Shown in pieces: positions 62,864 to 64,000 of a stretch of 64,000 bases of DNA. Both the position numbers and the translations under genes were made by a program. This DNA comes from Lytechinus pictus. Taxonomy: Eukaryota. How positions within the stretch are numbered: position 1 is the first letter of the stretch; each line of letters begins with the position of its first letter. The DNA is taken from positions 15,006,001 through 15,070,000 of the forward strand of contig NC_087263.1 in assembly GCF_037042905.1 (NCBI RefSeq). Reading direction: 5' to 3'. The notes under the pieces were generated by a model. That model did not search any database, was not told the DNA's origin, and saw only the letters and a program-made list of their open reading frames with translations.

Positions 62864-64000
62864 TTAAGGTAAGGAAGATCTTTGGCTATTACTTAAACCC
62901 TATTTTAGTTTTATCTCGAGGGTGTAATTTTAACACCTCCAGGTATGATCCTATAGGGACACCAATAGGTGTCAGATTTAACACCAAATATTATACAGCA
63001 AAGAACTGGGATTTACAGGAATGATGTAGAAGTCCTCACAAGTACTTGTGTACAAAGTCAATACAGTTGAAAAGTACATTGTCAATGCACAATGACACCA
63101 CTGAATTAAGTAACCAATTACATTTGTTTACACCAATCTAAGCGGGTTGATGATACTAACCATATACCACGAAAGCAATGGGGGGTCATCCAGAACCGCT
63201 CAGGTGACTACTATTTTTAGCGTTTTTGATAAGGCAAACCGTCTTGAGTTTGAAATCGAAATGTCAACGAATTTCGGAATCCTGGTTGGTAATAAACGAG
63301 GGACTTGCACTCTGTGATGTAGCTAACCGGTCGTTAGGGGTCGGCAAGGAAGATAGCATACTTGGAAGGAGTGATATGGTGTTTACATGAAGTAGACATA
63401 AACTGTTCTGAGAGATAGCAATGCACATTGAGGGCTTGCTTGCAAGAGAATATCAGTAAATGAGGACAGGGGAAGATCCAAGGGGGCGGTTAGGGGTATT
63501 AAACTGAAGGGGAAAATTTGATTTTTTTTTTTTGAAAGATACAAAACAAATGGTGAAAATTGTGTTGAGGTGATTTCAAAGCTGACCGCTTGGTTTAAAA
63601 CAACAACAGCAACAAAAATCTAGTCACGTGTTAAGAAAGACATGAGGATAAATTCTGAGAGACACAGCCCCTCATATAGCTAAACAAAATGTCAAAGACT
63701 GCATTTATCCATCTATAACATATATGTATTTCCCTTTGCAAGGACAGTTTGGATAATTTGGACACCTAACCACTTGTTTGAAAAAAAATTGAATGCCAAG
63801 GACAATGATACGAATGCACTTCCCCTTATAGCATAGCAAAAAGCTATACACTACATTTCTTCTTTAAATCATACCTATGCAAGCACGGTTGAGGTAATTC
63901 TGGAGTAAATTCATGTCCGACCGCCTAACAGGTCAAGCACGGAATCATCTTACCCCCGATGAAGGAAGAGATACGAAATGAGCTCCGTTACTGATTTTCT

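Noticed and set aside
63180..63430. Possible LINE endonuclease remnant (minus strand SLCLLHVNTISLLP)
   Set aside because: Only one short motif-like match and no downstream endonuclease motifs.

Overview
AT-rich eukaryotic (animal) genomic DNA. The repeat content and gene families suggest an invertebrate deuterostome such as a sea urchin, which is inference only. The minus strand carries the middle of a neuron navigator (NAV/unc-53/sickie) gene: two phase-compatible coding exons (3845-2019, 779-575), then about 60 kb with no recognisable constitutive exon. Nested antisense in that intron is an intact single-coding-exon PRSS23/PRSS35-family secreted protein (19981-21192, +). It keeps its signal peptide, furin site and cysteines, but all three catalytic-triad residues are replaced (H->E, D->N, S->V). 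The intron also holds a candidate alternative first coding exon that splices in frame to the large NAV exon (28322-28183), two candidate recursive splice sites, an orphan Cys-rich terminal exon, and CTCF/NRF1/CRE/CCAAT motif clusters. Repeats include modular tRNA-derived SINEs (one tail matches an L2 LINE 3' end in the window), many nested MITEs, three minisatellites and microsatellites. There are no prokaryotic features, CRISPR arrays or rRNA. Family assignments come from motif recognition, not database searches.
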